Shown here one piece after another: positions 9,543 through 19,285 of a stretch of 64,000 bases of DNA (its first letter is position 1; each line of letters begins with the position of its first letter). The stretch comes from Candidatus Campbellbacteria bacterium. Lineage in GTDB: Bacteria; Patescibacteriota; Minisyncoccia; Phycocordibacterales; EsbW-18. The stretch is from the NCBI GenBank assembly GCA_024653945.1, contig JANLIT010000004.1, positions 77,281 through 141,280 of the forward strand, written 5' to 3'. Position numbers and translations under genes: made by a program. Below the pieces are notes generated by a model. That model saw nothing but the letters and a program-made list of their open reading frames with translations. It had not been told where the DNA came from and made no database searches.

Positions 9543-10136
9543 CTACCAAGTTGTGATTGAGACACGCTTCCATGTATCCGTCGCAACACAACGATATATA
9601 TAATTCGCGTCAAAACAAATTTCTCCCGCCGAACAGGCATCAATAGCGCTGACCGGGCACGTCTTCCATGTATAAAGCTTAAACGCCTTAGTAGCATTAT
9701 CAACCGATACAACAGTGAACCCGCCGATACCTCCCTCAAGAACATCAGCATGTGCAGACCACCACGTATCTCCATCATTGACTCCAATCGTTGCAGACTG
9801 GTTGTCCACCATAACATAGCCCGCCGTGGTAGAGTCTCCACTACCCCAAAGCTCAGACATGTCGGCGCTAGTTACCCCTATCTCCAACCTCGGCTTGTCA
9901 GCCCCAGTACGGCCTTGTATCGTCTGCCCGTCCGCGTCACCCGCGAGGAGAACATAGTTTGCTGGATTAAATGGTGTTGCACCAATGGTAAGCGCACCGA
10001 CAGTTGCCGTACCCGTCACACCCAAGTCACCGCCCGTAGTAATACTTGTCCCAATGGTTGATGAAGCTGTTACCGAAAGAGCAGTAACAAAAAACAGCAC
10101 AACGATCGGTGAAAGCCACTTTGAGAATTTTTCCAT
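9543..10136 (-). CDS. Secreted/surface protein, cassette gene B2
   Basis: Signal-peptide-like N-terminus near-identical to 10751..11305; Cys-containing C-terminus CSAGEICFDANYIYRCVATDTWKRV. Confidence 0.8.
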   Translation of the reverse strand: MEKFSKWLSPIVVLFFVTALSVTASSTIGTSITTGGDLGVTGTATVGALTIGATPFNPANYVLLAGDADGQTIQGRTGADKPRLEIGVTSADMSELWGSGDSTTAGYVMVDNQSATIGVNDGDTWWSAHADVLEGGIGGFTVVSVDNATKAFKLYTWKTCPVSAIDACSAGEICFDANYIYRCVATDTWKRVSITTW

Positions 10137-10180
10137 ATAACTTTGAATTAGATTTAAAAATTAAAAATACTATTCACACC

Positions 10181-10714
10181 CTACTGCACCCGAACAGTAA
10201 GAAGGAGTTGAAGATATTGTTTGAGCAGTTCAATAAGTCGTTCCATAAGTATCAATACTAAATCTTGATTTGTTTCTTCTGTGGTGTGTTGTATACGTCT
10301 TCCACTTGAACCTCCTCCTGAAATTACTCCAGACTCACTTGCAACACACACACCTTCTGGTGTAATGGTAATGGTTGGGTTACCACCGACTGAAGCGAGC
10401 CCGAGTCGTGACTCCGTGTCGCTACACACCTCGCTCGTTACATATTGAGCATCCGCATCGTGGGTAAAACCAACTTTGTCAGCTGATGCAATAATAATAG
10501 CGGAACCATTATCAAGAGTGATTGAAAAATCAGTTGCGCTAATTGTTATGCTTGCAATCTCAGCACTACTTCCATAGATGGTTAGTTCATATCCACCAAC
10601 ATCAAGAATCGCTGTTGTTTCAAATGTGACATCATTAAAAGCAGCTTGTACAGAAGCAAAAAGGGGTACAAGCGACAAACCGAGAATGATGAAGAATTTA
10701 GAGATTTTTTTCAT
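10181..10714 (-). CDS. Secreted/surface protein, cassette gene A2
   Basis: Signal peptide MKKISKFF..; C-terminal GGGSS..LMERLIELLKQYLQLLL shared with 11350..12096. Confidence 0.8.
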   Translation of the reverse strand: MKKISKFFIILGLSLVPLFASVQAAFNDVTFETTAILDVGGYELTIYGSSAEIASITISATDFSITLDNGSAIIIASADKVGFTHDADAQYVTSEVCSDTESRLGLASVGGNPTITITPEGVCVASESGVISGGGSSGRRIQHTTEETNQDLVLILMERLIELLKQYLQLLLTVRVQ

Positions 10715-10750
10715 ACACAACAAGTAAGAGATATTTCGTGACTTGTTATC

Positions 10751-11305
10751 CTATACACCAACAAAAACACATGCCTGTGTTGTAGATGCCACTTGCACGT
10801 AGCTCGCCCCATCACACACACAGAGATAATCGGACAGGTCAGAGTATGCGATTGTTCCCGCGCTACCTGCCGCACAAGCGACGGGTTCAGCGGATACGGG
10901 CACCAAACGGACCCTACCTTGTAGTGCCGTTTCTCCTCCCGCGGATGGATTAAGAATAATGTCCCCTCCTCCACTTGCCGTGAAAATCCAAGCCGATCCA
11001 TCACCGCCAGTGTCAAATGTTGTTCCACTTCCAGATGACACATCACTAGGAAGTCCGACTGTTCCAGAAAAAGATGGGCTAGCAAGTGGTGCATAATCTG
11101 CTGGATCAAAAGTTGCATATTCGGGACTTTCTGGATCAAAAGGTGTTACACCAAGAACAAGTGCGCGCGAGGTTGTGGTACCCGTCACATCCAAATCACC
11201 TCCTGTGGTAATACTTGTGCCTATTGTCGAAGATGCGGTGACGCTTAACGCTGTAACAAAAAATAGTGCAATGATTGGTGAAAGCCACTTTGAGAATTTT
11301 TCCAT
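10751..11305 (-). CDS. Secreted/surface protein, cassette gene B1
   Basis: N-terminus MEKFSKWLSPIIALFFVTALSVTASSTIGTSITTGGDL; C-terminus ACAAGSAGTIAYSDLSDYLCVCDG. Confidence 0.8.
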   Translation of the reverse strand: MEKFSKWLSPIIALFFVTALSVTASSTIGTSITTGGDLDVTGTTTSRALVLGVTPFDPESPEYATFDPADYAPLASPSFSGTVGLPSDVSSGSGTTFDTGGDGSAWIFTASGGGDIILNPSAGGETALQGRVRLVPVSAEPVACAAGSAGTIAYSDLSDYLCVCDGASYVQVASTTQACVFVGV

Positions 11306-11349
11306 ATAACTTTGAATTGGATTAGAAAATTAAAAATACTATTTACATC

Positions 11350-12096
11350 CTACTGTCCTTGAGCTGCAAGAAGCAATGCTAGGTATTGTTGAAGAAGACC
11401 GATGAGTTTTTCCATAAGCATCAAGATAACGGGGTCGTTTGAGGAACCACCCCCACCACCTCCGCCTCCACCATCGTCATCATCATCCCCGTTATTGACA
11501 TTCACGGTAACACTGTCGGTTGCTGAACCACCTGTGCCAGTACAACTAATTGCAAATGTCGTTGCGTTGATAAGATTACTTGAAGTATCACTCCCCGATG
11601 TTGCACCACCACTGATAGTAAATCCTGAAGAACTTCCTTGTGTAACTGAACATAATGTTGCATATGTTGAAGCCCATGTCAGTGTTGTTGCACCCCCCGT
11701 GCTCACAGGATTTGGAGAAGCGGTTAGGGTTGCTGTTGGAGTGGTGTCTTCCACGTTGATATTCACAACAACACTCGCCGTTGCTGTTCCACTTGACCCA
11801 GTACAACTGATTGCAAATGTTGTTGAAACAGAAATAGGGTCTGAAGAATCACTCCCTGCCGTTGCGCCACCTGTAGTAAATCCTGATTTTCCTCCCTGTG
11901 TCACAGAACACGAGGTTGCATATGTTGAACTCCACGAGAGGACAGTACTTCCAACACTTCGTGTGTATATGGGATTTGGAGAAGCGGTTAGGGTTGCCGT
12001 CGGAGGAGGTAAGGATGTTGTTGAAAAAACAGATGATGGAAACACTAATACAGAAGCTATAAGAAGAAATACAAAATACGAGATTGTTTTTTTCAT
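11350..12096 (-). CDS. Secreted protein with two Ig-like repeats, cassette gene A1
   Basis: Two ~83-aa repeats PTATLTASPNP..W..TYAT.CSVTQG..TTFAISCTG; D/G-rich linker; shared C-terminal helix. Confidence 0.85.
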   Translation of the reverse strand: MKKTISYFVFLLIASVLVFPSSVFSTTSLPPPTATLTASPNPIYTRSVGSTVLSWSSTYATSCSVTQGGKSGFTTGGATAGSDSSDPISVSTTFAISCTGSSGTATASVVVNINVEDTTPTATLTASPNPVSTGGATTLTWASTYATLCSVTQGSSSGFTISGGATSGSDTSSNLINATTFAISCTGTGGSATDSVTVNVNNGDDDDDGGGGGGGGGSSNDPVILMLMEKLIGLLQQYLALLLAAQGQ

Positions 12097-12176
12097 AGGA
12101 GCAAGAGTTTTAGTTAGTGTGGGTAATACTTCTAGTGTAACAGTTTTTGTGGTGCTTTTTTACCTGTGGGGAAAGC

Positions 12177-13535
12177 TTACTTTCCATTCTTCAAAATATC
12201 AATCTGCACTTGGTACCCATCGGCAAGTGCCATCACTTCATCACCATAAAAAGCATACGATGGTTTAGACGCGTTTCCCCAGCCTGCAAAATAACGAAGT
12301 GACGCAAGACGTTCTGCTGCCCGAGTTCCCGCGGTTGCACCGTTGTCGCCTAAAAGAATCCCGGCCGCGGTGAAGGCGTCCAATGGATTGTATGGATTTG
12401 GTGGAAAGTTTCCAGAAACAGCTCCGATACGATCCTTATTTTTATCATACGGTGCACATGTTTGTGTTGTCTTGTCACATGAATACCCAGCGTATTGTGC
12501 CCATGTTGAAGGAATAAATTGTGCCGGTCCCATAGCGCCCCCCCATCCGTACCACGGCTTTGCAGACACCGGCATACTATCTGGGTTGAGCCCTAAATCT
12601 TTCATGAGTGTCCCAAAAATATATTTATCACGCTCCGGGTGCGAATCAGTAATCCAGTTTCCTGTTCCAAGATTTTCTCCGAGGCGTGTCTCTTCCTGAA
12701 GTGTTCCTAAAATAAGTGCTGCTCGCACACCAGTAACTTTTTGTACGTCTTGTGCAAAATCAATGGCCTCACCGAGGGAAATTGCTGATGAACCGCGAAG
12801 TTTGAAGAGCTCGGCGCGAATTTGTGCGGCCGTCTGTTGTTTCTGCGCAATAATCGTTTGGTAGACGGTTTCCTGACCCTTCGTCACGGTGAGCACCTCC
12901 TTTTTTTGTGCCTCTTGAATTTCAATTTTTTTCTTTTCAAGTTCTTGAAGTTTTTTGAGTTCAAGTTCATCTGCTTGTCGTTCTTCTAGGGTTACTTTTT
13001 CTTTATGAGTTTCATCCTTTGTTGATTCAATTTCTCGAAATGAACCCTGAAGCGCTACAGTAATCGCATCAAAAGAATCTAGGTCCTCAAAAAATTCTGA
13101 AATGTTTTCTTTAGCAAGAGCCACCTCTACAAGAGACACATTGTCTAATCGATTTGTTTCACGAATAAGTTGCGCGAGGGACTCTTTCTCTCGAGACATG
13201 CGGGCAGTGAGTTCATCTATGGTTTCTAGCTTGTCGCCAATTTCACCTCCAATTTTTTTAATGGAGTACGTGCGTGCCTGAATACCAAGTTGGGATTTTT
13301 TTATTTCACCATTGAGCAACGACACGTCACGTTCAAGTGACACGCGTTCGGTGCGTTTTTCATCAAGAAAAACCTGCTGAAATTCTATTTCTTTCTCAAC
13401 TTTTTTGAGTTGCGCCTCAAGCTCTTTCTGCCGTGCTTCAACAGAGTCCTGTAGGGTTTCAGCAAAGACCGTGGAGCAGAATCCCACGGAGAGAATACTT
13501 ATGAACAAAATGAGTAGGGAGCGTGAATGGCGCAT
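12177..13535 (-). CDS. Lytic murein transglycosylase with long N-terminal coiled coil
   Basis: Signal peptide, ~220-aa coiled coil, QEETRLG, GGAMGPAQFIPSTW. Confidence 0.9.
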   Translation of the reverse strand: MRHSRSLLILFISILSVGFCSTVFAETLQDSVEARQKELEAQLKKVEKEIEFQQVFLDEKRTERVSLERDVSLLNGEIKKSQLGIQARTYSIKKIGGEIGDKLETIDELTARMSREKESLAQLIRETNRLDNVSLVEVALAKENISEFFEDLDSFDAITVALQGSFREIESTKDETHKEKVTLEERQADELELKKLQELEKKKIEIQEAQKKEVLTVTKGQETVYQTIIAQKQQTAAQIRAELFKLRGSSAISLGEAIDFAQDVQKVTGVRAALILGTLQEETRLGENLGTGNWITDSHPERDKYIFGTLMKDLGLNPDSMPVSAKPWYGWGGAMGPAQFIPSTWAQYAGYSCDKTTQTCAPYDKNKDRIGAVSGNFPPNPYNPLDAFTAAGILLGDNGATAGTRAAERLASLRYFAGWGNASKPSYAFYGDEVMALADGYQVQIDILKNGK

Positions 13536-13571
13536 AGAAGTGGCCAGACACCCGTTGGTATTGGACTACGC

Positions 13572-14264
13572 CTAGTTTTTTTCCGGCTTTTCTGTCTTTT
13601 CTGGCTTTTCCGCATCTTCTCCCGTGGCCTCTCCGCCTTCCTCTCCTTCTTCCTCTTTCTTGCCCCTCTTTTCAACTTCAATAGACTCCATGTCTATTTC
13701 AGCAACTGGCGCCTCCTCTTCTTCTTTCGGTTGTGACACAGATACTACTGTTTCTTCTAACTCTTCCTGAATGGCCACACCCGCGGGTACTGGTATATCT
13801 TTAATGGCGATACGACCCTCAAAGGTTTCAAGTGTCGATACATCTATTAGTATCTCATGTGGCAAGTCCTTTGGAAATGCTTCCACTTTAACTTCGTGCA
13901 TAACTTTCATAAGTGTTCCTCCAAGGTTCTTAACTGCTGGTGACTCACCAACAAATACAAGGGGAACTTCTGTTTGCACCTTCTTTCCTTTCTCAATAAC
14001 ATAAAAATCAACGTGGCGAGCGATGTCAGTCACTGGATGAAAATCAACTTCGTGAATGAGCGCATCTTTGGGTTCACCCACACCCTCAAGAGTGATGACA
14101 GTTGACTCACCTGCTTCTTTCCAGAGCTTCTCAAACACCTTCTGATCAACAGAAATAGCTTGTGTTGGCTCTTTTGGACCATAGAGTACACCAGGAATAC
14201 GCCCGTTTGCACGAAGCGTGTCTGGCTTTCCTCCATCTCGTTTTTGTATCTGTACTACCGTCAT
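13572..14264 (-). CDS. rplY: 50S ribosomal protein L25/Ctc
   Basis: GRIPGVLYG, FHPVT..HVDFY, EVPLVFVGESPAVK; acidic tail. Confidence 0.95.
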   Translation of the reverse strand: MTVVQIQKRDGGKPDTLRANGRIPGVLYGPKEPTQAISVDQKVFEKLWKEAGESTVITLEGVGEPKDALIHEVDFHPVTDIARHVDFYVIEKGKKVQTEVPLVFVGESPAVKNLGGTLMKVMHEVKVEAFPKDLPHEILIDVSTLETFEGRIAIKDIPVPAGVAIQEELEETVVSVSQPKEEEEAPVAEIDMESIEVEKRGKKEEEGEEGGEATGEDAEKPEKTEKPEKN

Positions 14265-14291
14265 AGGTCACCAATAATCGCATAGAGACAC

Positions 14292-16301
14292 TTAAAATGC
14301 AACCGTCCTAGAGAGCCCCAGTACAACGGCTCGGGTTTTTTGACCAAAATATCCTATTGAAGGGGTAACTCCTTTGACCATTTGAAATTCAGCGAGAGCT
14401 TGTTGGGTACGTGTGCCAAAATAACCAGTCGCACCAACCAAGAACAAAGTGCGAGCGAAAGAACCCGAGTTTTGTGTAATAAGAAATATTTGAAGTTTGA
14501 CAACGTCTTGTCCACTATCGCCAAGGGTGAGGTCGCGTGAGTACTCATTTTTTTCTGAGATTGGACCAAGAAACACAACCATCTCTGGTGTGGGAATGCC
14601 ACCAAGGGCAATGAATTGTACGATAAGAGATTTGAGCTGAATAAGAAGTGTTTGAAGAATCTTTGTGTCATTTTGGGGTACGGCTTCAGGCACTGCAGGG
14701 ATTATTGGTTTTTTGTTATCCCCACCACCTCCACTTTCTTCCTCTTCTACCGAGCATGTAGACGTGGTGAACGATCTATCTGCACCATAAGCAATTCCAG
14801 CCGTCGGATTTGATGCCCACACCTTCACGTGATACAACGTTTCGCATACAAGTGACGTAAGACTTCCAGAAAAAACTCCCGTTGAAAAAACCCCGTTCTC
14901 TGTTGTTGTTGCACCATATGCCGTGGTGAGACCAAATGTAAAACCACGTGCTGTCACATTTTCTCCACCAGTTGTACTAATCGTCCCATTTCCAACCGCG
15001 GTAGTTTGTTCAATTGAAGATACCGCATCGGTCGTCACCGTAGGAACCACCACCTCAAGAACATCTTCAAGGTCAATGTGTGTTGTTCCTGTTCCGGTTC
15101 TTGGCGTCATCCAGTTGTCTGTTGCTCCGACAACAAGATCAAAAGATGGATTTGTTTCAAAATCAATCACCGATGCTGTTTGGACGGTCAGAACACCTGT
15201 CGCTCCATCAATGGTAAACGCCGAATCTGTATTCCCAGACACAATGGTGTATGTAAGCGTGTTACCACCATATGCGTCAGTCGCCGTGACCGTACCAACA
15301 ACTGTATTTATAGGACTGTTTTCGGAAAGTGTAAGAGTATCAGGTGTAACCACGGGAGTTTCATTTCCAACAAAACACGATAGATCATAGGTTGAGATTT
15401 GATACCCGCCATCATTGCCAAGGTCAAGAATCGCTTCATTGAGCGCCTCTGTATATGCGCCATAAAAAGGGCCATAGCCGTCACCTGTAATCGTGGTGGT
15501 AAGCGTCGGCTGTCCGTCGATGACAAAGAAACCGGGTTGACCCGAGTCTCCACCCACAAGCGCTTCACTGAACGCATAACGCGTCGTTGTCGCCGGCGGA
15601 GTAAAAAACGAAAGCGACGCATGCCCGTCCATTGAACTGTATGAATAATCAAGGTCAACGATTGAGGCTTTTTGTTCCTGATCAAAAAGAATAAATGGCA
15701 CTATGGGTTCAGAGAAGTAGCGTTCAACTTCTTCTTTACTCACAATCGGATAGAACGCTATTCCCGCAGGAACGTCGGCATTGAGGACACCGAGCTGAAT
15801 GTCATCTTGGTTCGGCTGAAAAACAATTTCCACCTGGGCCTGTAAGGTGCGTGTAACAATCGTATTGTCATCCGCAATAAAAATAATCGTTGATCCATTG
15901 GTTATCGGAAAGTGATTTGCAAATACGATGTGTCGGGGAGAGATAAGAACGCCCGCCTTTGTAAAACTTGAATTGGAGTTCCACGGTGATGCTCCCGTCA
16001 AAGCAAGTGGAGTATCTCCTTCGGTGATCCACACAGTCGCACTTCTCGTCCACGGATCCATATCGGTTCCCCGCGTTGAAAAAATCTTTTTAGTGCTGTC
16101 GTTTGCAGTTAGACCCTCAATACGGTACTCAATCTCATGCTTCATTTCTGCTACGAGATCTGTTGAAAAAAGACCGACACAGCTTGCGGGAGCAAACACG
16201 TCGGCAAACACCACGGACACGACAATAGAAAAACACCCGACAAAAACCACCACAAACACACAGCACCTTGTACTAAAAATAAAACGCATTCGTGTATACA
16301 T
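14292..16301 (-). CDS. Secreted multidomain protein: trypsin-like protease, cadherin, FN3-like and peptidoglycan-binding domains
   Basis: LISPRHIVFANH / DDIQLG / GGDSGQP; ENSP..VGTVTATD..IDFE..ATD cadherin motifs; RDLTLGDSGQDVVKLQIFL..GYFG..T PG-binding motifs. Confidence 0.8.
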   Translation of the reverse strand: MYTRMRFIFSTRCCVFVVVFVGCFSIVVSVVFADVFAPASCVGLFSTDLVAEMKHEIEYRIEGLTANDSTKKIFSTRGTDMDPWTRSATVWITEGDTPLALTGASPWNSNSSFTKAGVLISPRHIVFANHFPITNGSTIIFIADDNTIVTRTLQAQVEIVFQPNQDDIQLGVLNADVPAGIAFYPIVSKEEVERYFSEPIVPFILFDQEQKASIVDLDYSYSSMDGHASLSFFTPPATTTRYAFSEALVGGDSGQPGFFVIDGQPTLTTTITGDGYGPFYGAYTEALNEAILDLGNDGGYQISTYDLSCFVGNETPVVTPDTLTLSENSPINTVVGTVTATDAYGGNTLTYTIVSGNTDSAFTIDGATGVLTVQTASVIDFETNPSFDLVVGATDNWMTPRTGTGTTHIDLEDVLEVVVPTVTTDAVSSIEQTTAVGNGTISTTGGENVTARGFTFGLTTAYGATTTENGVFSTGVFSGSLTSLVCETLYHVKVWASNPTAGIAYGADRSFTTSTCSVEEEESGGGGDNKKPIIPAVPEAVPQNDTKILQTLLIQLKSLIVQFIALGGIPTPEMVVFLGPISEKNEYSRDLTLGDSGQDVVKLQIFLITQNSGSFARTLFLVGATGYFGTRTQQALAEFQMVKGVTPSIGYFGQKTRAVVLGLSRTVAF

Positions 16302-17167
16302 TATCGGCCAGCAAAGAGTTTGAGGCGCTTTTCAACAATATCCTGTACTGCTAGCACGGCTTGTTTAGTGTATTTGTATGGTGCAAGTTCCTCAGTATTT
16401 TCTTGCAATGAAATTTGGAGTGCTTTTCGGTATGCAACACGGAGTTCGGTTGACACGTGTACTTGAGCAATTCCTGACACAATGACCGCAAGGTAGTCCT
16501 CGTCCGATGTTCCAGAGCCTCCGTGAAGCACGAGCGGAATACTCACGGCATCTGCAATCTCTTTCACACGCGAAGGATTAAGACGTGGATCCATACCACT
16601 CTTCAATGTCCCATGAATAGTGCCAACAGCTGGGGCGAGTAAGTCCACCCCTGTTTCGTCAACAAACCGTTTCGCGTCTTCTGCGGTTGTCATCATGTCA
16701 TCAGTTACCGCGGCGCCCACAGGAAGTACATCAAGAAGTTGCGAGCCAACACCAATAAAACCAAGTTCTCCTTCAACCAATGTTGTGTCTCCTTTTGATT
16801 GCGCATAGGCAACACACTCTTTTGTCTTGGCGATGTTTTCTTCAAAAGAAAGCTGGGCCCCGTCAAAAATAACACTATCAAATCCGGCATCAATTGCCTC
16901 TTTAACACGTTCGACACTGTATGTGTGATCGGCATTGAGATATATATCATGTTCAGTATCTTCGCGAAGTGTTTTCACTAACGCAACGAGTTCTTTCACA
17001 CCAAACGCATCTCGTTCCCCTTCTGATGCTCCAATGATGACAGGGAGGCGCACATCTTTGGCGGCGTTCACAATTGCTTGCACCATTTCTATGTTTGCAA
17101 CATTAAAATGTCCGATGGCATACTTACCTTTCTGTGCCTCATTAATTGTTTCGCGTAGAGTTTTCAT
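16301..17167 (-). CDS. fba: Class II fructose-bisphosphate aldolase
   Basis: LNADH, VEGELG, AVGTIHG, LVLHGGSG. Confidence 0.94.
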   Translation of the reverse strand: MKTLRETINEAQKGKYAIGHFNVANIEMVQAIVNAAKDVRLPVIIGASEGERDAFGVKELVALVKTLREDTEHDIYLNADHTYSVERVKEAIDAGFDSVIFDGAQLSFEENIAKTKECVAYAQSKGDTTLVEGELGFIGVGSQLLDVLPVGAAVTDDMMTTAEDAKRFVDETGVDLLAPAVGTIHGTLKSGMDPRLNPSRVKEIADAVSIPLVLHGGSGTSDEDYLAVIVSGIAQVHVSTELRVAYRKALQISLQENTEELAPYKYTKQAVLAVQDIVEKRLKLFAGR

Positions 17168-17185
17168 CCCATAATTCTATCATAA

Positions 17186-17289
17186 AACATGTAGCGTGTA
17201 GCACATAACAAAAATAGCGCTTGTTACATGTTGCGTGTTACATGTTGCGTGTTACCTGCTGCGTGTTACATGCTATGTGTTACATGCTC
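17186..17289. repeat. 7/14-bp tandem repeat between divergent fba and pfkB starts
   Basis: About 4.5 copies of TGTTACATGTTGCG preceded by inverted partial copies. Confidence 0.85.
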
Positions 17290-17313
17290 TATCCCCTGTG
17301 CTATCATATCCCC

Positions 17314-18318
17314 ATGACCTACGACCTTATCGCCATTGGCGACACAGTAACCGACGAGTTTATTGAACTAGAAGATGTACGTATTGACACGAAACGTGAC
17401 CCCGAAGACAAGGGGTATCAGGAGATTTGTTTTCGATTTGGAGACAAGGTGTCATATAAAAACCTGACTGTAGTACATGCGGTCGGCAACGCGGCAAATG
17501 CCGCTGTATCAGCAACTCGGCTTGGCCTAACGACCGCATTCGTCAGTGATGTTGGGGATGATGAGCTTGGAACAAAAATACTTGAAACACTCACTGGGCA
17601 CAATGTATCAACATCGTTCATTCGTATACACGAAGACATGCTGAGCAATCACCACTATGTTTTACACTATGGACCAGAGCGAACCATTCTAATCAAACAT
17701 CAACCATATCCGTACGCACTCCCCGACATTGGAGAACCGACATGGTTATATCTTTCGTCTCTCGCAGACCACTCTCTGGACTATCATCACGAAATCGCGC
17801 GGTATCTGGAAGCACATCCATCAATTAAACTTGCATTTCAACCGGGAACATTTCAGATTAAACTCGGAGCAAAAGAATTATCCGACATATATGCACGCAC
17901 GCACATTTTCTTTTGCAACCGCGAGGAGGCGGGTAGAATTTTAGAAACACCAGAAATCAACGACATCAAAAAACTTTTGAAAGATGTCTCTGCTCTCGGA
18001 CCAAAGGTGGTAGTCATTACGGACGGACCAAATGGTGCATATGCGTACGATTCACAAAACGGCGAGATGCTCTCGGTTACCATGTACCCAGACCCAAAAC
18101 CACCAGTTGACCGCACGGGGGCTGGAGATGCGTTTGCTTCAACGGTTGTTTCTGCGCTTGTTCTTGAAAAACCTTTGTCTGAAGCGCTTTTGTGGGGACC
18201 TATTAACTCCATGTCAGTTGTGCAATACATTGGCGCACAAGCAGGACTCCTCTCACGTGAACAACTGGAAAAACATCTTGCCGAAGCTCCTGCGGACTAC
18301 AGGGTTGAGAAGCTCTAG
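17314..18318 (+). CDS. PfkB-family carbohydrate kinase
   Basis: GNAANAAV, VVITDG..GA, VDRTGAGDAF; upstream ORF extension is translated repeat. Confidence 0.92.
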   Translation: MTYDLIAIGDTVTDEFIELEDVRIDTKRDPEDKGYQEICFRFGDKVSYKNLTVVHAVGNAANAAVSATRLGLTTAFVSDVGDDELGTKILETLTGHNVSTSFIRIHEDMLSNHHYVLHYGPERTILIKHQPYPYALPDIGEPTWLYLSSLADHSLDYHHEIARYLEAHPSIKLAFQPGTFQIKLGAKELSDIYARTHIFFCNREEAGRILETPEINDIKKLLKDVSALGPKVVVITDGPNGAYAYDSQNGEMLSVTMYPDPKPPVDRTGAGDAFASTVVSALVLEKPLSEALLWGPINSMSVVQYIGAQAGLLSREQLEKHLAEAPADYRVEKL

Positions 18319-18431
18319 ATTGAGTTCATCCAGAACTTACTTGAGCTGGCTCCCACCACTTGGTTTGGAGGTAGAGTAAATGCTAGATATACTTTCACTA
18401 GACGACAACCACAAGAAATAAGGAGACTCCA

Positions 18432-19220
18432 ATGAAGAGAACTCCGCTCTTCTTTTTGTTTGTACTGTTCTTTTTCAACATGCACACGGCAAACGCGCAC
18501 ACCCACAAGGAACGTGTCGCGGACCTCACCAAGGAACTGTCCGTATTGGGAGAAGAGTGGGTCACCGACATCTTCAACCACAAGGATGTTTGCAGCGAGA
18601 TTGAAGTTCCTCAGCCACGCCTGCGAGCCTGGAACGAGCTTCGTAACGAAGTTCTCTCTGATGTGTCGCAAACGCGAGGAGAATTATTTTTCCTCGCCAA
18701 CGGAAGTCTCTTCACCGCCGCTGGCAAGACATATGCAAAGGACGACCTCCTCCCCTATGTAATTCTGGCAATCCCCCGGATCGAATCAAACCTTGGTGAG
18801 AATCGTGCGGGCACGCCAGTCATCGCGACACTTTTCAAGAAGTATGAGCGGGTTGTTGATGGTCCAAGCGGAAACAAACGTCGAAACTACATCAAAGAAA
18901 AGGAAATCATCCCTTTTCTGCAGATGGCCAAGACAAACGAATGGGATGTGTGTTTGATCTTGGGAACTCGTGCAGCAGCGTTTGGGTATCCACACTTCAT
19001 TCCGGAGTCGCTACGGCTTGCCGTGGACGGCGACGACGATGGAAAAATCGATCTCATGTGGAGTCTTGCTGACGCCACACGGAGTATCGCGCACTATCTC
19101 CACAAAACAGGGTGGAGCCACTCAAATACACGAGCAGTATTTCGATACAATCCAGACCCTAAGTATGTGCAGATTGTGCTTGAATACGCGTATGCGATTA
19201 AGAAACGTGTCCCTGTGTAA
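18432..19220 (+). CDS. MltB-like lytic murein transglycosylase
   Basis: AIPRIESNLG, GTRAAAFGYPHFIPES, AVDGDDDGKIDL EF-hand-like motif, SIAHYLHKTGW. Confidence 0.9.
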   Translation: MKRTPLFFLFVLFFFNMHTANAHTHKERVADLTKELSVLGEEWVTDIFNHKDVCSEIEVPQPRLRAWNELRNEVLSDVSQTRGELFFLANGSLFTAAGKTYAKDDLLPYVILAIPRIESNLGENRAGTPVIATLFKKYERVVDGPSGNKRRNYIKEKEIIPFLQMAKTNEWDVCLILGTRAAAFGYPHFIPESLRLAVDGDDDGKIDLMWSLADATRSIAHYLHKTGWSHSNTRAVFRYNPDPKYVQIVLEYAYAIKKRVPV

Positions 19221-19224
19221 CGCG

Positions 19225-19257
19225 AACCGCCCCTCGAGGTTGAGGGGCGGTTTTTTA
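19225..19257 (+). terminator. Intrinsic terminator
   Basis: AACCGCCCCTC-GAGGTT-GAGGGGCGGTTTTTT. Confidence 0.85.
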
Positions 19258-19285
19258 TCCAGCACTCAGTCGCTGAGTGCTGGAT
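19257..19285. repeat. REP-like palindrome
   Basis: ATCCAGCACTCAG-TCG-CTGAGTGCTGGAT. Confidence 0.7.

Noticed and set aside
9543-12096. Diversity-generating retroelement
   Set aside because: No reverse transcriptase, and differences between repeats are not adenine-specific.
11402-12268. 288-aa plus-strand ORF with poly-Pro/Ser
   Set aside because: Antisense of the Gly/Asp-rich A1 gene.
17221-17313. Cys-rich N-terminal extension of PfkB
   Set aside because: Translation of the tandem repeat; the better start is 17314.
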